Positions 1 to 9,413 are shown, counted from the first letter of the stretch. The stretch is 64,000 nucleotides of DNA from a virus (IMGVR_UViG_3300033141_002294:4482-68481), one strand, 5' to 3'. Program-made: numbers and translations. The notes: generated by a model not told the origin, from the sequence alone.

Positions 1-990
1 CGCCCCGACCGCAGACAGGTCGCTGGTGATGCCCAGCGAGAGGACCGACCCGCTACTGGAGGCGGTGAGCCCCCGACAGGACAGGTCAGATGTAAGCGTA
101 GCACCGACGGCCGACAGGTCGGAAGTCACGCCAATGCTCAAGAACGAACCCGAACTGCTGACCGTAACACCCCGACTCACTTTGATGTCGCTCGTGACCG
201 ATAGCGACAGGGCAGAACCACTGCTGCTGAGGGTCAAGCCACGGGCGGAGATGTCCGAGGTTGCCGTCAGTCCGAGACAACTGACGTCAGACGTGACACC
301 GACGCTGAGAAACGATCCCGAACTGCTGGCGGTGAATCCCTGGCAGGTGATATCGCTCGAACTGGCGAGACTGTCCACCGTAGCATCGCTGGACAGGGTC
401 AGACTGCGCCCGGTAATGCCGCTTGTCACGCCCACCGACAGGAAACTCCCGCTACTCGACGCCGTAAATCCCTGGCAGGTAATGTCGCTGGAGGACGCCA
501 GGGAATCTACGGTTGCATCGCTGGACAGCGTCAGGGAACGTCCACTGATGCCGCTTGTTACGCCGACACTCAAAAATGAGCCACTACTCGATGCAGTGAA
601 TCCCTGGCAGGTGATGTCGCTACTCGACGCCACGCTGCCGACTGTGGCCTCACTCGAAAGAGTCAGGTTAATGCCGCTGATGCCACTACTGGAGGCGATG
701 GTCGCGCCGACTACCGCACTACTGGCGGTCAGGGTTTCGGCGGAGAAATCGCTCGTCAGTGTGAGCCCTCTGCCGGTAAACTCGCCGTCGGAGTCAATAG
801 ATGCCACGAGGGTTGTCGAACTGTCGTAGATGTTGACGCTCCGGGCACCGGCGGCGTCCCTCAGTTTGAGGTTGATGTCTCCGGTACTGCTGTCGGGGCG
901 GATGGTCACACCGCCGTCTTTACTGATTACCGTCTCGCCGAGGTCCGCACCCGGTGCATGGACCTGCCGACGGAACTTTTCAATACCCAT
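1..990 (-). CDS. Ser/Thr-rich repeat virion protein, probable head fibre (runs off the left window edge)
   Basis: Not in the ORF track. ATG at 990 with AGAGGTG RBS; frame open to position 1 (MGIEKFRRQVHAPG...). Has 11-aa repeat units such as SSDITCQGFTA/SSSGSFLSVGV and directly follows the major capsid gene. Confidence 0.75.
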   Translation of the reverse strand, partial: MGIEKFRRQVHAPGADLGETVISKDGGVTIRPDSSTGDINLKLRDAAGARSVNIYDSSTTLVASIDSDGEFTGRGLTLTSDFSAETLTASSAVVGATIASSSGISGINLTLSSEATVGSVASSSDITCQGFTASSSGSFLSVGVTSGISGRSLTLSSDATVDSLASSSDITCQGFTASSSGSFLSVGVTSGITGRSLTLSSDATVDSLASSSDITCQGFTASSSGSFLSVGVTSDVSCLGLTATSDISARGLTLSSSGSALSLSVTSDIKVSRGVTVSSSGSFLSIGVTSDLSAVGATLTSDLSCRGLTASSSGSVLSLGITSDLSAVGA

Positions 991-1098
991 ACGGGTCACC
1001 TCTGCGGGGTTGCTCGCTCCCCCAAGCGGCGGTTCCCCACAGGGTAGGGGCCTGCCTCCCGACAGGCCCCTACGTGGACATTGTTATTCGCTCTTGGC

Positions 1099-2100
1099 TC
1101 ACGCCACGATGCTGGTAAAGTACGCTCCGAGGTCCGCAGCCACGACCTTCATATCGTAGGCCATTCCGCCTTCAATACGGTCGGCCTCCAGCTTTTCCAT
1201 GCGGAATTTCTTCATCTTCACGCCCATGTTGTTCAGGCCGGTGTAGCCCGACCAAGTGAACGTATAGCCCGCACTCGGAGTGCGCAGGCCGGGGGCAGGG
1301 GCCGCATAGCACAGCAACGCGCTCTTGCCGTAGATGAACGACTTGGTATGGCTCGTCCGGCCTTCGGGTGTGGTGACCTTGATGCAACGAGGCACGAAGA
1401 TGCGGTCGACCTCGAACAGTCCGGCCAGAATCTCCGTGGTAACCACGCCGCGTTGGGTGTACTTGATGCGGTCGAGAATGTCTGGATGATGCTTCAGGCG
1501 GTCGAACACCTTCGGGCCGAGGACCAGTGTATTCGGCCATTTGCCCGTCTTCTCCATGATGCTGGTCGCCTGTTCCGACACATCCTCAATCGGCGTGGAG
1601 TCGACGTCATTCCACTGTACCACCTCGTCGGTGCTCGGGGCGGATGATACGCCGGTGATGTCGGTCGACCCAGTAGCGCCGGTCCAGACGCCGGTGGTCA
1701 TGTTGTCGGTGGCCCAGTCGATTTCGCGGGTCAGCAACAGGTTGCCCATAACGAACTCGGTGCCCTCGCGGTCCAATTGAATTACCGAGTCGGCATTGGC
1801 CCGCTCCTGGTCGGCGACGTCCTTGTGAAACGCGTACACGTCGCAGCGGTAGCTGTCAGTATTGAGCTTATACCCGCCACCTGCGGATTCTGTAGCCGGA
1901 GCGCGCTTTTGCGCTTCGGCCCGGAACCAGTAGTCCATGTCGTAGGTGTAGTAGATGTCACTCTGTTTCTGGACCGGGACTCGCGGGAATACCCGGTCCG
2001 CGATATACTCACTGGCGTCCTGCATGAATGCGATGCTGAGGTTGGTCAGCACTGCATTTTGATGCACGTCAGTTGCCGTTGGGTTCGGCAATGCATTCAC
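1099..2100 (-). CDS. major capsid protein
   Basis: 333 aa; LTNLSIAF..IADRVFPRVPVQKQSD N-terminus typical of HK97-fold MCPs; follows scaffold and decoration genes. Confidence 0.9.
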   Translation of the reverse strand: MNALPNPTATDVHQNAVLTNLSIAFMQDASEYIADRVFPRVPVQKQSDIYYTYDMDYWFRAEAQKRAPATESAGGGYKLNTDSYRCDVYAFHKDVADQERANADSVIQLDREGTEFVMGNLLLTREIDWATDNMTTGVWTGATGSTDITGVSSAPSTDEVVQWNDVDSTPIEDVSEQATSIMEKTGKWPNTLVLGPKVFDRLKHHPDILDRIKYTQRGVVTTEILAGLFEVDRIFVPRCIKVTTPEGRTSHTKSFIYGKSALLCYAAPAPGLRTPSAGYTFTWSGYTGLNNMGVKMKKFRMEKLEADRIEGGMAYDMKVVAADLGAYFTSIVA

Positions 2101-2171
2101 TCTCCCTTGAGTGCTGCTCGCCTACCCCTGGCGGCATTCCCCATATAGAGCCTGCAGAGTCGGTATCGGTA

Positions 2172-2552
2172 CTAGGTCGTGGCCGGTGTCTGGAGCAGCA
2201 TCGTCAGAATGTCGCCTGCCGAGCCGCTGGAGCCGGTGATGATCTGGCCCAACACGTAAGACCCGGCGGTCGAAGCCTGTCCACGCCCGACACTAGAGCA
2301 GGCCACTGATTCAGCCAGGCCGATACTCCCGTCGGTGTTGATCTTCGTGATGCTGCCCGGCAGGGCCACAGCGGCGTCATACCCGCTAGACGGGTTGTTC
2401 TGGAGTACACCAAGCACGCGGCCTCCAATGCCGGTTGACAGGTACACATAGCCGTCACTCGTCGCCGCAGAGACGAACCGATACTGGCCGGTGCTGCTAA
2501 GGTCCTCACCGGCGGTGAAGGGCCAAGTGCGGAGCAGTCCCTCTTGAGCCAT
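2172..2552 (-). CDS. capsid decoration/cement protein (DUF2190-like)
   Basis: 126 aa, FTAGEDL..QYRFV..LGVLQNNP pattern; immediately upstream of MCP. Confidence 0.75.
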   Translation of the reverse strand: MAQEGLLRTWPFTAGEDLSSTGQYRFVSAATSDGYVYLSTGIGGRVLGVLQNNPSSGYDAAVALPGSITKINTDGSIGLAESVACSSVGRGQASTAGSYVLGQIITGSSGSAGDILTMLLQTPATT

Positions 2553-3433
2553 TAACCAGCAGCCTCCCTTTCATATGCTTTGGCAACCTCCGGGTCGGTG
2601 GTCGCCATGCGAATTGCGTCACTGCGCTTCAAGTTCGAATCGGCCTTCATGAACTCATCGGCCTTCTTCTTGATGAGGTCCGAGACCGACGGAACCTCGT
2701 CGCTCGACTTGCCGATTTCCTGGAACAGCCCTGCGTCTACGGCCCGCGCCTGCTCGCCTGCCCACATCTCCCGCAGACTCTTGGCGAGTTCCGGATCGGC
2801 GTTTTCGGCCTTCTCCAGCATGGTAGCAAGCTCGTTCGTCGACTTGCCGAGCCGGTCGAACTTGACTACCTCCTGGCGCAAGTTGGCCCGCCGACGCTCC
2901 AACCTCTCGGCGTCCAGGTCCTCGCGGAGCTTCTTAATTAGCTCATCGCGCTTGGCAAGCTCGACTGTCAACTGGTCCTTGTCGTCCTTCTCTTCCTTGG
3001 CCTTCTCGACGTCGTCCTTGGGCTTGTCCTCGGCTGCCTTCTTCGCCTCAGCGATCTGCGCTTCAACGAGCTTGCGTTGCTCCTCGGGCAGGGTCTTCAG
3101 CACATCCTCGTAGCTCTTGACCTCCGTAGTCTCCTTGCCCTTCGGGTCCTCCGGCATGGGGTCTCCACGTCCTTTCTCGGTTGTCTGTTGCTGGTCGTCG
3201 GCCCCCACTTCCTTCATCAGATCGTCCAGACCCTTGCGTGTGGCCGTAATCCAACCGACCAGCCTGTCCTTCAAACTCACCGGTCCGCCTCCCTTCTCCA
3301 CAGGTTCCGGCTCCTCTCCTGCCTGCCGCCGCATCAGCATCACCTGTGCGCCGGGGCTGGAGCCTGCATCCACGCCGCTCACGAACTCCAAGCGCAAGTT
3401 TTTTAGCCTGTGCGGTTTCTTCGGCTCAGGCAT
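2552..3433 (-). CDS. scaffold-like prohead protein
   Basis: N-terminal RLKNLRLEFVSGVDAG motif followed by a highly charged coiled coil; lies between protease and cement genes. Confidence 0.7.
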   Translation of the reverse strand: MPEPKKPHRLKNLRLEFVSGVDAGSSPGAQVMLMRRQAGEEPEPVEKGGGPVSLKDRLVGWITATRKGLDDLMKEVGADDQQQTTEKGRGDPMPEDPKGKETTEVKSYEDVLKTLPEEQRKLVEAQIAEAKKAAEDKPKDDVEKAKEEKDDKDQLTVELAKRDELIKKLREDLDAERLERRRANLRQEVVKFDRLGKSTNELATMLEKAENADPELAKSLREMWAGEQARAVDAGLFQEIGKSSDEVPSVSDLIKKKADEFMKADSNLKRSDAIRMATTDPEVAKAYEREAAG

Positions 3434-4115
3434 CGTCTATCACCTCAATCTCCGCCGTCCCTCCAATCGAGAACATTGCGTACTCGCCGTCTTTGAACTT
3501 CTGCAACACCTCGTCACTGTGGGGTCTGAATCCCACCCACATACCGCGCCAGCCGTACGGTTTCGGCTGGCCGGGGAACATGGCCTCCAGCTTGCGGTCG
3601 TCAATGAAGGCACACTCAACAAGGTCCCCGGCTCGTTCCCAGTCGTGTTGCTGGTCCATGCCTCGGGCCTCGGCAACGAAATCATAGCAGGCACGTTCCA
3701 AGTCGATGTCCTCAATGATCGCGTTGTGACTGTCGAAGACCGGCTGGCGCCCGTCCTTGGTCACCTGCGCGTTGGTGTAGCCCCAGCCGAAGACGACGCC
3801 GAGTTCCTCATCGACATCCTCAACCTTGTAAATCTTCGCGTCGGCCTGCGTCACCGTCTCCTGCCATCTGCGCTTGACGGCGTCGGGATGTTCTGAGACC
3901 CATTTACGGGCCTGCTGCGCCGTAAACTTGTCCTTTGGAAAGATGAGCGACTGCAGTGTCATCGTGGTCTGGCCTTCCAGCCTGCCTACGACGCCTTTCA
4001 CGCCGCTGTCGCCCATACTGATGGTGCGGAACGACCCTTCCTGGAACTTCCCGGGATCTCTCACTCTGTAGCGATAGCTGCTGCTGGTTTCGTCCCAGCC
4101 GCCATCTTGGGGCAT
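3426..4115 (-). CDS. XkdF-like putative prohead protease
   Basis: ELGVVFGW, DSHNAII, LERACYDF, QQH and FKDGEYAMFSIGG motifs; head-module position. Confidence 0.75.
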   Translation of the reverse strand: MPQDGGWDETSSSYRYRVRDPGKFQEGSFRTISMGDSGVKGVVGRLEGQTTMTLQSLIFPKDKFTAQQARKWVSEHPDAVKRRWQETVTQADAKIYKVEDVDEELGVVFGWGYTNAQVTKDGRQPVFDSHNAIIEDIDLERACYDFVAEARGMDQQHDWERAGDLVECAFIDDRKLEAMFPGQPKPYGWRGMWVGFRPHSDEVLQKFKDGEYAMFSIGGTAEIEVIDDA

Positions 4116-4121
4116 TGGGGA

Positions 4122-5108
4122 TCACCTCCTGCGTTTCCTAAGTGCCTGCTTCACCTCACGGACAATCCGCTCCGTCCCACGCCCGTCGACCAGTTTCCGC
4201 AGGCCGCGGTGCATCCGCAGGCGGGTCCTGTAGGTCAATTGCTTTAGGGCACCGCGGAGCTTGTCCGGGTAGAACTCTCGCACCATACCGAGGTCGATAG
4301 CCAGTTCACGGCGCGCCAAATATTCGCTATTGGCCGCCTGATCATCGTTCGTGCGGACGATGATGGCTGGAACGCCCATCCGGGCAACCTCAAACAACAT
4401 CTGGCCGCCGCCAGTGATGGCAATATCGGCCAGCTTAAGGTGCGGGGCTAGCGTCGACACGCCCTGCAACACTGAGTAGTTACAGCCCAATAGCCGCAGT
4501 CTGTGTGGTTCACTATTGGCCCATTGCTTTATACATTTATCAATTGCCTCTCTTGACGACGAAGGCCCCACAACTACGGTAAGCCACAACCATGCTTGAT
4601 ACCCCGGCAAAGCTTCGAGAACACGCTTTGTAATCTCGGTGGTGTCCCCGCCGCCCATTACTACCAATAGGTGGAGGGGGCCTCTCTTTGGGATTCTGCG
4701 CTTTTCAGTTATGTATTCTGGCCTGTACTCCTCGCCGAGTATGGCGTATTTGCACCCTTCAAGCTTTCGGGTAATGCCATCCCATGTGCCAGACCATGGC
4801 CCTATGCGCCGTGCGTCGAACCTGGAATCGACAACAATGTCTGGAGGAACCGGGGCGGCGTAGTCTTCGGTCAGCACGATTACCAGATTGCCCGACTCTC
4901 TGTGCTGTTGGACCAGTCGTTCGGCCTCTTCGGTGCGCTTCCATACGGTGGCGCATCCTGCGATTCTTGCGTTGAAGCACGGTGCGTCTAGAATGGCTAT
5001 CCTTTCATTGCCCAACCCCGCGTTCTCCAGGGCTCCCTTCAGCCGCTCAACCCGCTTCACATGCCCCATGCCGATATTCGGGCCTGATTCGGTGTAGGTG
5101 GTGATCAT
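4122..5108 (-). CDS. PseG/SpsG-like GT-B fold UDP-sugar hydrolase
   Basis: Likely start MITTYTESGPNIGMGHVKR (GxGHxxR); LVVMGGGD, ADIAITGGGQMLFE, DDQ and VDGRGTERI motifs. Confidence 0.8.
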   Translation of the reverse strand: MITTYTESGPNIGMGHVKRVERLKGALENAGLGNERIAILDAPCFNARIAGCATVWKRTEEAERLVQQHRESGNLVIVLTEDYAAPVPPDIVVDSRFDARRIGPWSGTWDGITRKLEGCKYAILGEEYRPEYITEKRRIPKRGPLHLLVVMGGGDTTEITKRVLEALPGYQAWLWLTVVVGPSSSREAIDKCIKQWANSEPHRLRLLGCNYSVLQGVSTLAPHLKLADIAITGGGQMLFEVARMGVPAIIVRTNDDQAANSEYLARRELAIDLGMVREFYPDKLRGALKQLTYRTRLRMHRGLRKLVDGRGTERIVREVKQALRKRRR

Positions 5109-5356
5109 AGCAGGTCCTCGTAAACTATGGTGCAGAACATGAAAAGCCCGACGACAAAAGCGAAAAGCGCACCAGCCCCAGTCAGTATGTATTGGCTGTA
5201 GGGATAGGTATTTGCTATTACGTCGGCAGCCATCCACATCGCGAGTGCCCCGCCGCTTGCCAGTGCAGCCGCGCCGATAAATACCAGCAAGGCACGACCG
5301 ACAACCCTCACTCCTTCTCCTAATCCCCACCAAGCCCGGCTCAAGATGTCCTTCAT
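5105..5356 (-). CDS. small membrane protein
   Basis: 83 aa with two hydrophobic stretches; GAGGGG RBS. Confidence 0.55.
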   Translation of the reverse strand: MKDILSRAWWGLGEGVRVVGRALLVFIGAAALASGGALAMWMAADVIANTYPYSQYILTGAGALFAFVVGLFMFCTIVYEDLL

Positions 5357-5377
5357 CTTCGTACCCCCTCGATGATG

Positions 5378-5563
5378 TTACCCCGATTGACTATCGGTTG
5401 CTTTGAGCACTGCGCATGCAGCTAGGTATCCTCCCACGCATCCCAACGCCCAGCCCGGGTAGCCAAGTCCCAACCCTATACTCAACAACGCCCCGCCGGA
5501 ACCCATAAGCCCCACGAATAGCAGTACATCAAACAACGTCTCAGCCCACTCGGGAACTTCCAC
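5378..5563 (-). CDS. small membrane protein
   Basis: 61 aa, hydrophobic; GAGGGGG RBS. Confidence 0.5.
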   Translation of the reverse strand: MEVPEWAETLFDVLLFVGLMGSGGALLSIGLGLGYPGWALGCVGGYLAACAVLKATDSQSG

Positions 5564-5596
5564 GAAACTACCCCCTCACGAACAGAGCAGTGCAGC

Positions 5597-6646
5597 CTAA
5601 TCCCTTGGATTGATGCTAACGTCATCCAACATGACCGGCTCACCTTTCTGGCCCGGGAATATGACCTCGACTCTGTCGTGGTAGCGTAGGGCCTCGGCAG
5701 GGAGATGGAATCCGCTTGTAGCCGACGGAGTCGGGGCTGGCCGTACCGTTGTAATCAGGTCCTGCCATCGACCCACTTCGCGTTTTCTGACGTCTCTCGC
5801 CCAGTAACATGCCCTACGAATTTGGGGCTGCGCCTTGGTCACTGCCACCACTGCCTCTCGTGGCGGCCCGAAAGGTGCGGTTCCATCCTCAACGTCACGA
5901 ATCGCTTGCACCAGTGCCGCAAACTCATGCGGCTCCAGAGCATGGCCGTGGTCCGGGCCGTCCTGTTCGCGGCTCATGGTGATATGCTTTTCCACCATCC
6001 GCCCACCAAACGCCACCGAAGCCGCCGGCAAGCCTATGCTCGTCGTATGGTCGGAAATGCCAACATCGATACGCAGACCGGTGCGCCGAAACGCCTCCTG
6101 CTGGCGTTGCAGCATCGGCAGATGGTACATCACGGGCGTTGCCGGGTACACCGGCACACAGTGCAGAATGGTAATTTGCGGGTTGCTGCTGACAGACGAA
6201 ATCCAGTAAGCGGCTCGGGTTACGTCACGCCAGCTTGACGCTCCCTGTGACAACACAACGGGCCGTGATGGCCGCATTTCGGCCATGCGCTCAATCAACG
6301 CCCTGTACGTCAGGTCTCCCGAGGCGACCTTCCAGAACGGCACCCACAGCTCGTCCAGCAGTTCAACCGCCTCAAAGTCAAACGGCGTTGAGTTGAACGC
6401 TATGCCGCATTCTGCCGCGTAGTCGGCCAGTTCCTCGTGCCATTTCCTGGGCAACTGACACCGACGAATCAGGTCGTAGGCCCAATGCGTGGGGTGACAC
6501 AGCCCATCCTCCGTGTACGTCTGGAACTTGATACAGTCTACTCCGGCCTCGGCCGCCGCCTTGATGAGTTTCTTTGCCTCGTCCTTGTCGCCGTTGAAAT
6601 TCGCCCCTGCGTCGGCCACTGTCACGGTACGGGTCCAGTCGATCAT
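5597..6646 (-). CDS. NeuB/PseI/SpsE-family nonulosonic acid synthase
   Basis: ADAGANFNGD, IKFQTY, STPFD, KVASGD, LHCV..YP, GISDHT, EKHIT and GPDH motifs, with a degenerate C-terminal SAF-like tail. Confidence 0.9.
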   Translation of the reverse strand: MIDWTRTVTVADAGANFNGDKDEAKKLIKAAAEAGVDCIKFQTYTEDGLCHPTHWAYDLIRRCQLPRKWHEELADYAAECGIAFNSTPFDFEAVELLDELWVPFWKVASGDLTYRALIERMAEMRPSRPVVLSQGASSWRDVTRAAYWISSVSSNPQITILHCVPVYPATPVMYHLPMLQRQQEAFRRTGLRIDVGISDHTTSIGLPAASVAFGGRMVEKHITMSREQDGPDHGHALEPHEFAALVQAIRDVEDGTAPFGPPREAVVAVTKAQPQIRRACYWARDVRKREVGRWQDLITTVRPAPTPSATSGFHLPAEALRYHDRVEVIFPGQKGEPVMLDDVSINPRD

Positions 6647-6650
6647 GTTC

Positions 6651-7055
6651 TTACCCCTTTGCACTTGTTATGCCTATGGCCACCAAAATCACGGGCAGTA
6701 AGAGCGCCAGAATCGCCGACCCTATAGGCATCAACTTGCGCTCCAGTCGCCATAGGGCCGGTATAGAATCCGGCCCATGTTTCCACTCTCTGATCGCGCA
6801 TTTTTCCACCCACGCGCAACACCAGCCGCCGACAATTGGGATGCACGTCCCGACAATAAGGATGGTCAGAAACAAGACAAAGGCGATCAGCTGCCATCCC
6901 ATGCATAGCACATCCGGATGGGTTGCTACGCACAGCAGGCTGGCCACTCCTATAACGATCAGCACCAACCCGACGGCTTGGCGGCAGACAATCCACCATG
7001 TTTTGTCCATCAAGTCCCTCATCGCCCAATGCCATTCAGGTGTAGATGCGTACAT
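6651..7055 (-). CDS. membrane protein
   Basis: 134 aa with about three hydrophobic segments. Confidence 0.5.
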   Translation of the reverse strand: MYASTPEWHWAMRDLMDKTWWIVCRQAVGLVLIVIGVASLLCVATHPDVLCMGWQLIAFVLFLTILIVGTCIPIVGGWCCAWVEKCAIREWKHGPDSIPALWRLERKLMPIGSAILALLLPVILVAIGITSAKG

Positions 7056-7258
7056 GTGTTACCCCCTTGTCGCATGTCGGCCCCAGGCCAGGAATCGGCT
7101 CAATCACAGGAGCCACACCGCCCATACTGGCACATGCCATGCCGCAACCGCATACCACTTCAATACCAACACTGCGCCCCATGCGATGCCAATTATAAGC
7201 AGCGCTTTTCCGGCTTCCATGTTTTTACCCCCTTTGGTGTGGTTACCCCGCATCATGA

Positions 7259-7528
7259 TTACAGCCTCTCTCCTCGGCTATATCGCGTCCGCCGCTCCCG
7301 CATCGACAAAGGTTCTGTGGAATGATAGAGATACTCCAGATTTAGGGAGCGCTCTGGGTATCGTGCTCGGACAGCCGCACCAATCGGCAGGTCAAGGACG
7401 TCAAAGTGCCTGCCAAACCACATGCGCCAAATGCACAAATACAAAGTGCCGTCGGCGTCAATGTACCAAGACCAGTAGGCAAGAGGGAGCAACTGTTTGA
7501 TGTACCAGAGCAGGCTAGTCAGTTTCAT
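7259..7528 (-). CDS. hypothetical protein
   Basis: 89 aa with GGGAGGGG RBS. Confidence 0.5.
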   Translation of the reverse strand: MKLTSLLWYIKQLLPLAYWSWYIDADGTLYLCIWRMWFGRHFDVLDLPIGAAVRARYPERSLNLEYLYHSTEPLSMRERRTRYSRGERL

Positions 7529-7549
7529 GGCTACCCCTCCCCAAGTGTG

Positions 7550-8374
7550 TTACCCCAGTCTAGTGTCCTCCGTCTTAAGCCGAAACAGCATAGAACCGGT
7601 GCGTTGCTTCTGTCTGTCTTCCGCCGTCTCCATCTCCAGCCTCAGATATATTCGCCCGACGCCGGGCACCGTGAAGTATGCCCCTTGGTGTGGTAGAAAT
7701 GTTCTGGCCCGCAGTGTGTTCAGCAGATCGCGGGCTGTGTATTTCACGCCCAGGTCGATTTCATCAATTGCATCGAGATCAGACAGTCTGCGATGCGTTC
7801 CGGCTTCGGGGTCCTGCGGCGTCCGGGGAGCCGTGCCGTCCTTGATACTGGGCCACGTGCCTTGGAAGAGTTTTGCCCCTGCATCCAGCAGTTTGCTGTG
7901 CAGTGTCTCGCCTGTATCCCAGGGCTGCACGTCGACGCGCTCCTGCGCAATGATGTCCCCAGTATCAATGCCCTCATCCATCCAGTGCAACGTGACCCCC
8001 GCCGGTGTGCCGTCGATGATGGGCCAGACGTTGGGGCAGGCACCTCGATTGTAGGGGAGATAGCCGGTGTGGAGGTTGACGATGGGCAAACGGTCCAACA
8101 AATCCTTTGGCACTTTGTACCCAAAGCCAGCACTGATACCGATGTCGGGCTTGAGACCTAGGGCCTGTTTCCACCACGGCATGTCGCCCGGCTGTTCGCC
8201 AAACGGATCGCCACAGAAGACAGAGGCGTCCCAGTGGCAGCATCGAATATCCTTCTTGAGCCGCGCCGTCTCATCCGGGTGGACCACAAGGCCGACGACG
8301 TTCTCTCGCAGGTGCTGGAGGCTATAGGCTACGTCGGCTCCGAGTTGGCTATTCGCCAGCAGGAGGATGCGCAC
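7550..8374 (-). CDS. sugar N-formyltransferase (Fmt-like fold)
   Basis: VNLHTGYLPYNRGACPNVW, GVTLHWMDEGIDTGDII and C-terminal LRARTF.P..GAYF motifs; nucleotide-sugar gene context. Confidence 0.85.
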   Translation of the reverse strand: MRILLLANSQLGADVAYSLQHLRENVVGLVVHPDETARLKKDIRCCHWDASVFCGDPFGEQPGDMPWWKQALGLKPDIGISAGFGYKVPKDLLDRLPIVNLHTGYLPYNRGACPNVWPIIDGTPAGVTLHWMDEGIDTGDIIAQERVDVQPWDTGETLHSKLLDAGAKLFQGTWPSIKDGTAPRTPQDPEAGTHRRLSDLDAIDEIDLGVKYTARDLLNTLRARTFLPHQGAYFTVPGVGRIYLRLEMETAEDRQKQRTGSMLFRLKTEDTRLG

Positions 8375-8682
8375 GGATTCACCCCCGACATTTCACGTAG
8401 TTCCTGCGCACTCCGCCCCACGGTGTTTCTACAGGCCGCCGTGCACGTGCTGACTCCAGTTATCTCAAGCACGTCCTGCCACCGGCAATTGCAGATGGCG
8501 GTTTTCGGAATGTCGCCTACACGGTTGGGGCATTTCGGGATATCCGGCACCGAGCACCGATGCCCAGGCCGCACACATCGGCAGGTGACTGTCTCGGGGT
8601 CCCACATTCTACAAGTGGCCGTTTCCAGGGTGCCGTCGGGCCGCTTGTGGGCCGTCTTGGGACAGTTCTTCAGTTGCGACAT
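8329..8682 (-). CDS. Cys-rich hypothetical protein
   Basis: Many Cys residues; AGGAG RBS; overlaps both neighbours. Confidence 0.4.
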   Translation of the reverse strand: MSQLKNCPKTAHKRPDGTLETATCRMWDPETVTCRCVRPGHRCSVPDIPKCPNRVGDIPKTAICNCRWQDVLEITGVSTCTAACRNTVGRSAQELREMSGVNPCASSCWRIANSEPT

Positions 8683-9413
8683 TTTGCTACTCCTGTCTGA
8701 TTTGTGAGGCTCTCTTTTGCCCACCTGAGTACTGCCCCCGTATCCGGCTTAGGCCCGAGCTCGTCGAACACCTGCGTGAGCCAGTCGTAGTCGTTTTGGT
8801 CGTCGATGGATAGTTTGCAGGCGCGGCCGCTTCCGATGTAGGGTAGAATAGCTTCTGCTGAGACTCGCAGACTACGCACCTCGGACCACGGCACTGCCCG
8901 GTACCATCCCCACCGGGCCGGCAACCGGGATGTCACGTGCTCACGCTCGTCAGGGTACAGTCGGCCTGGGTTGATGCGCAGGAACTCCCACGCGTCCACT
9001 AGCTCGGCCCCGGCACCGTCTGTCATACAGCGCTTGGTCGCGTCGATGTAGGCAAACAGGCTGTCCTCCTCGGCTACGGTGACCATGCCTGCCAAAAGCT
9101 GCGGATCAACCAGCGGACAGTCTCCGGTAACCCTCAGGAACACGTCCGGTTGCTCCTGCTCCACCACAGCCCGAAACCGCCCGAAGACGTCATTCTCGTC
9201 GCCCTGCCACTTGTGCACTTTGCAACCCAGGGACTCAGCTAGCTCAATGATGGGCTTGTCCTCAGCAGGCGTGGTCACAACCACGTCAAGGACCGCCTGC
9301 TGTGTCCTCCTGATGACGTGCTCCAAAACAGGACGCCCGGCTAGGGGTAAGAGCACCTTGCCGGGCAGTCGAGAGGAGTCGAGGCGGGCCTGGATTATAG
9401 CGATGGTTTTCAT
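8670..9413 (-). CDS. SpsF-like cytidylyltransferase (CMP-nonulosonic acid synthetase)
   Basis: AIIQARLDSSRLPGKVL, GDENDVFGRF, RVTGDCPLVDP, REHVT and LSIDDQND motifs. Confidence 0.9.
   Translation of the reverse strand: MKTIAIIQARLDSSRLPGKVLLPLAGRPVLEHVIRRTQQAVLDVVVTTPAEDKPIIELAESLGCKVHKWQGDENDVFGRFRAVVEQEQPDVFLRVTGDCPLVDPQLLAGMVTVAEEDSLFAYIDATKRCMTDGAGAELVDAWEFLRINPGRLYPDEREHVTSRLPARWGWYRAVPWSEVRSLRVSAEAILPYIGSGRACKLSIDDQNDYDWLTQVFDELGPKPDTGAVLRWAKESLTNQTGVAKCRN

Noticed and set aside
26-829. Plus-strand 267-aa repetitive ORF
   Set aside because: It is the antisense shadow of the minus-strand fibre gene, which has an RBS and matches the orientation of the structural operon.
7550-8374. Methionyl-tRNA formyltransferase (fmt)
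   Set aside because: The C-terminal LRARTF..GAYF pattern and nucleotide-sugar neighbours fit a sugar N-formyltransferase better.
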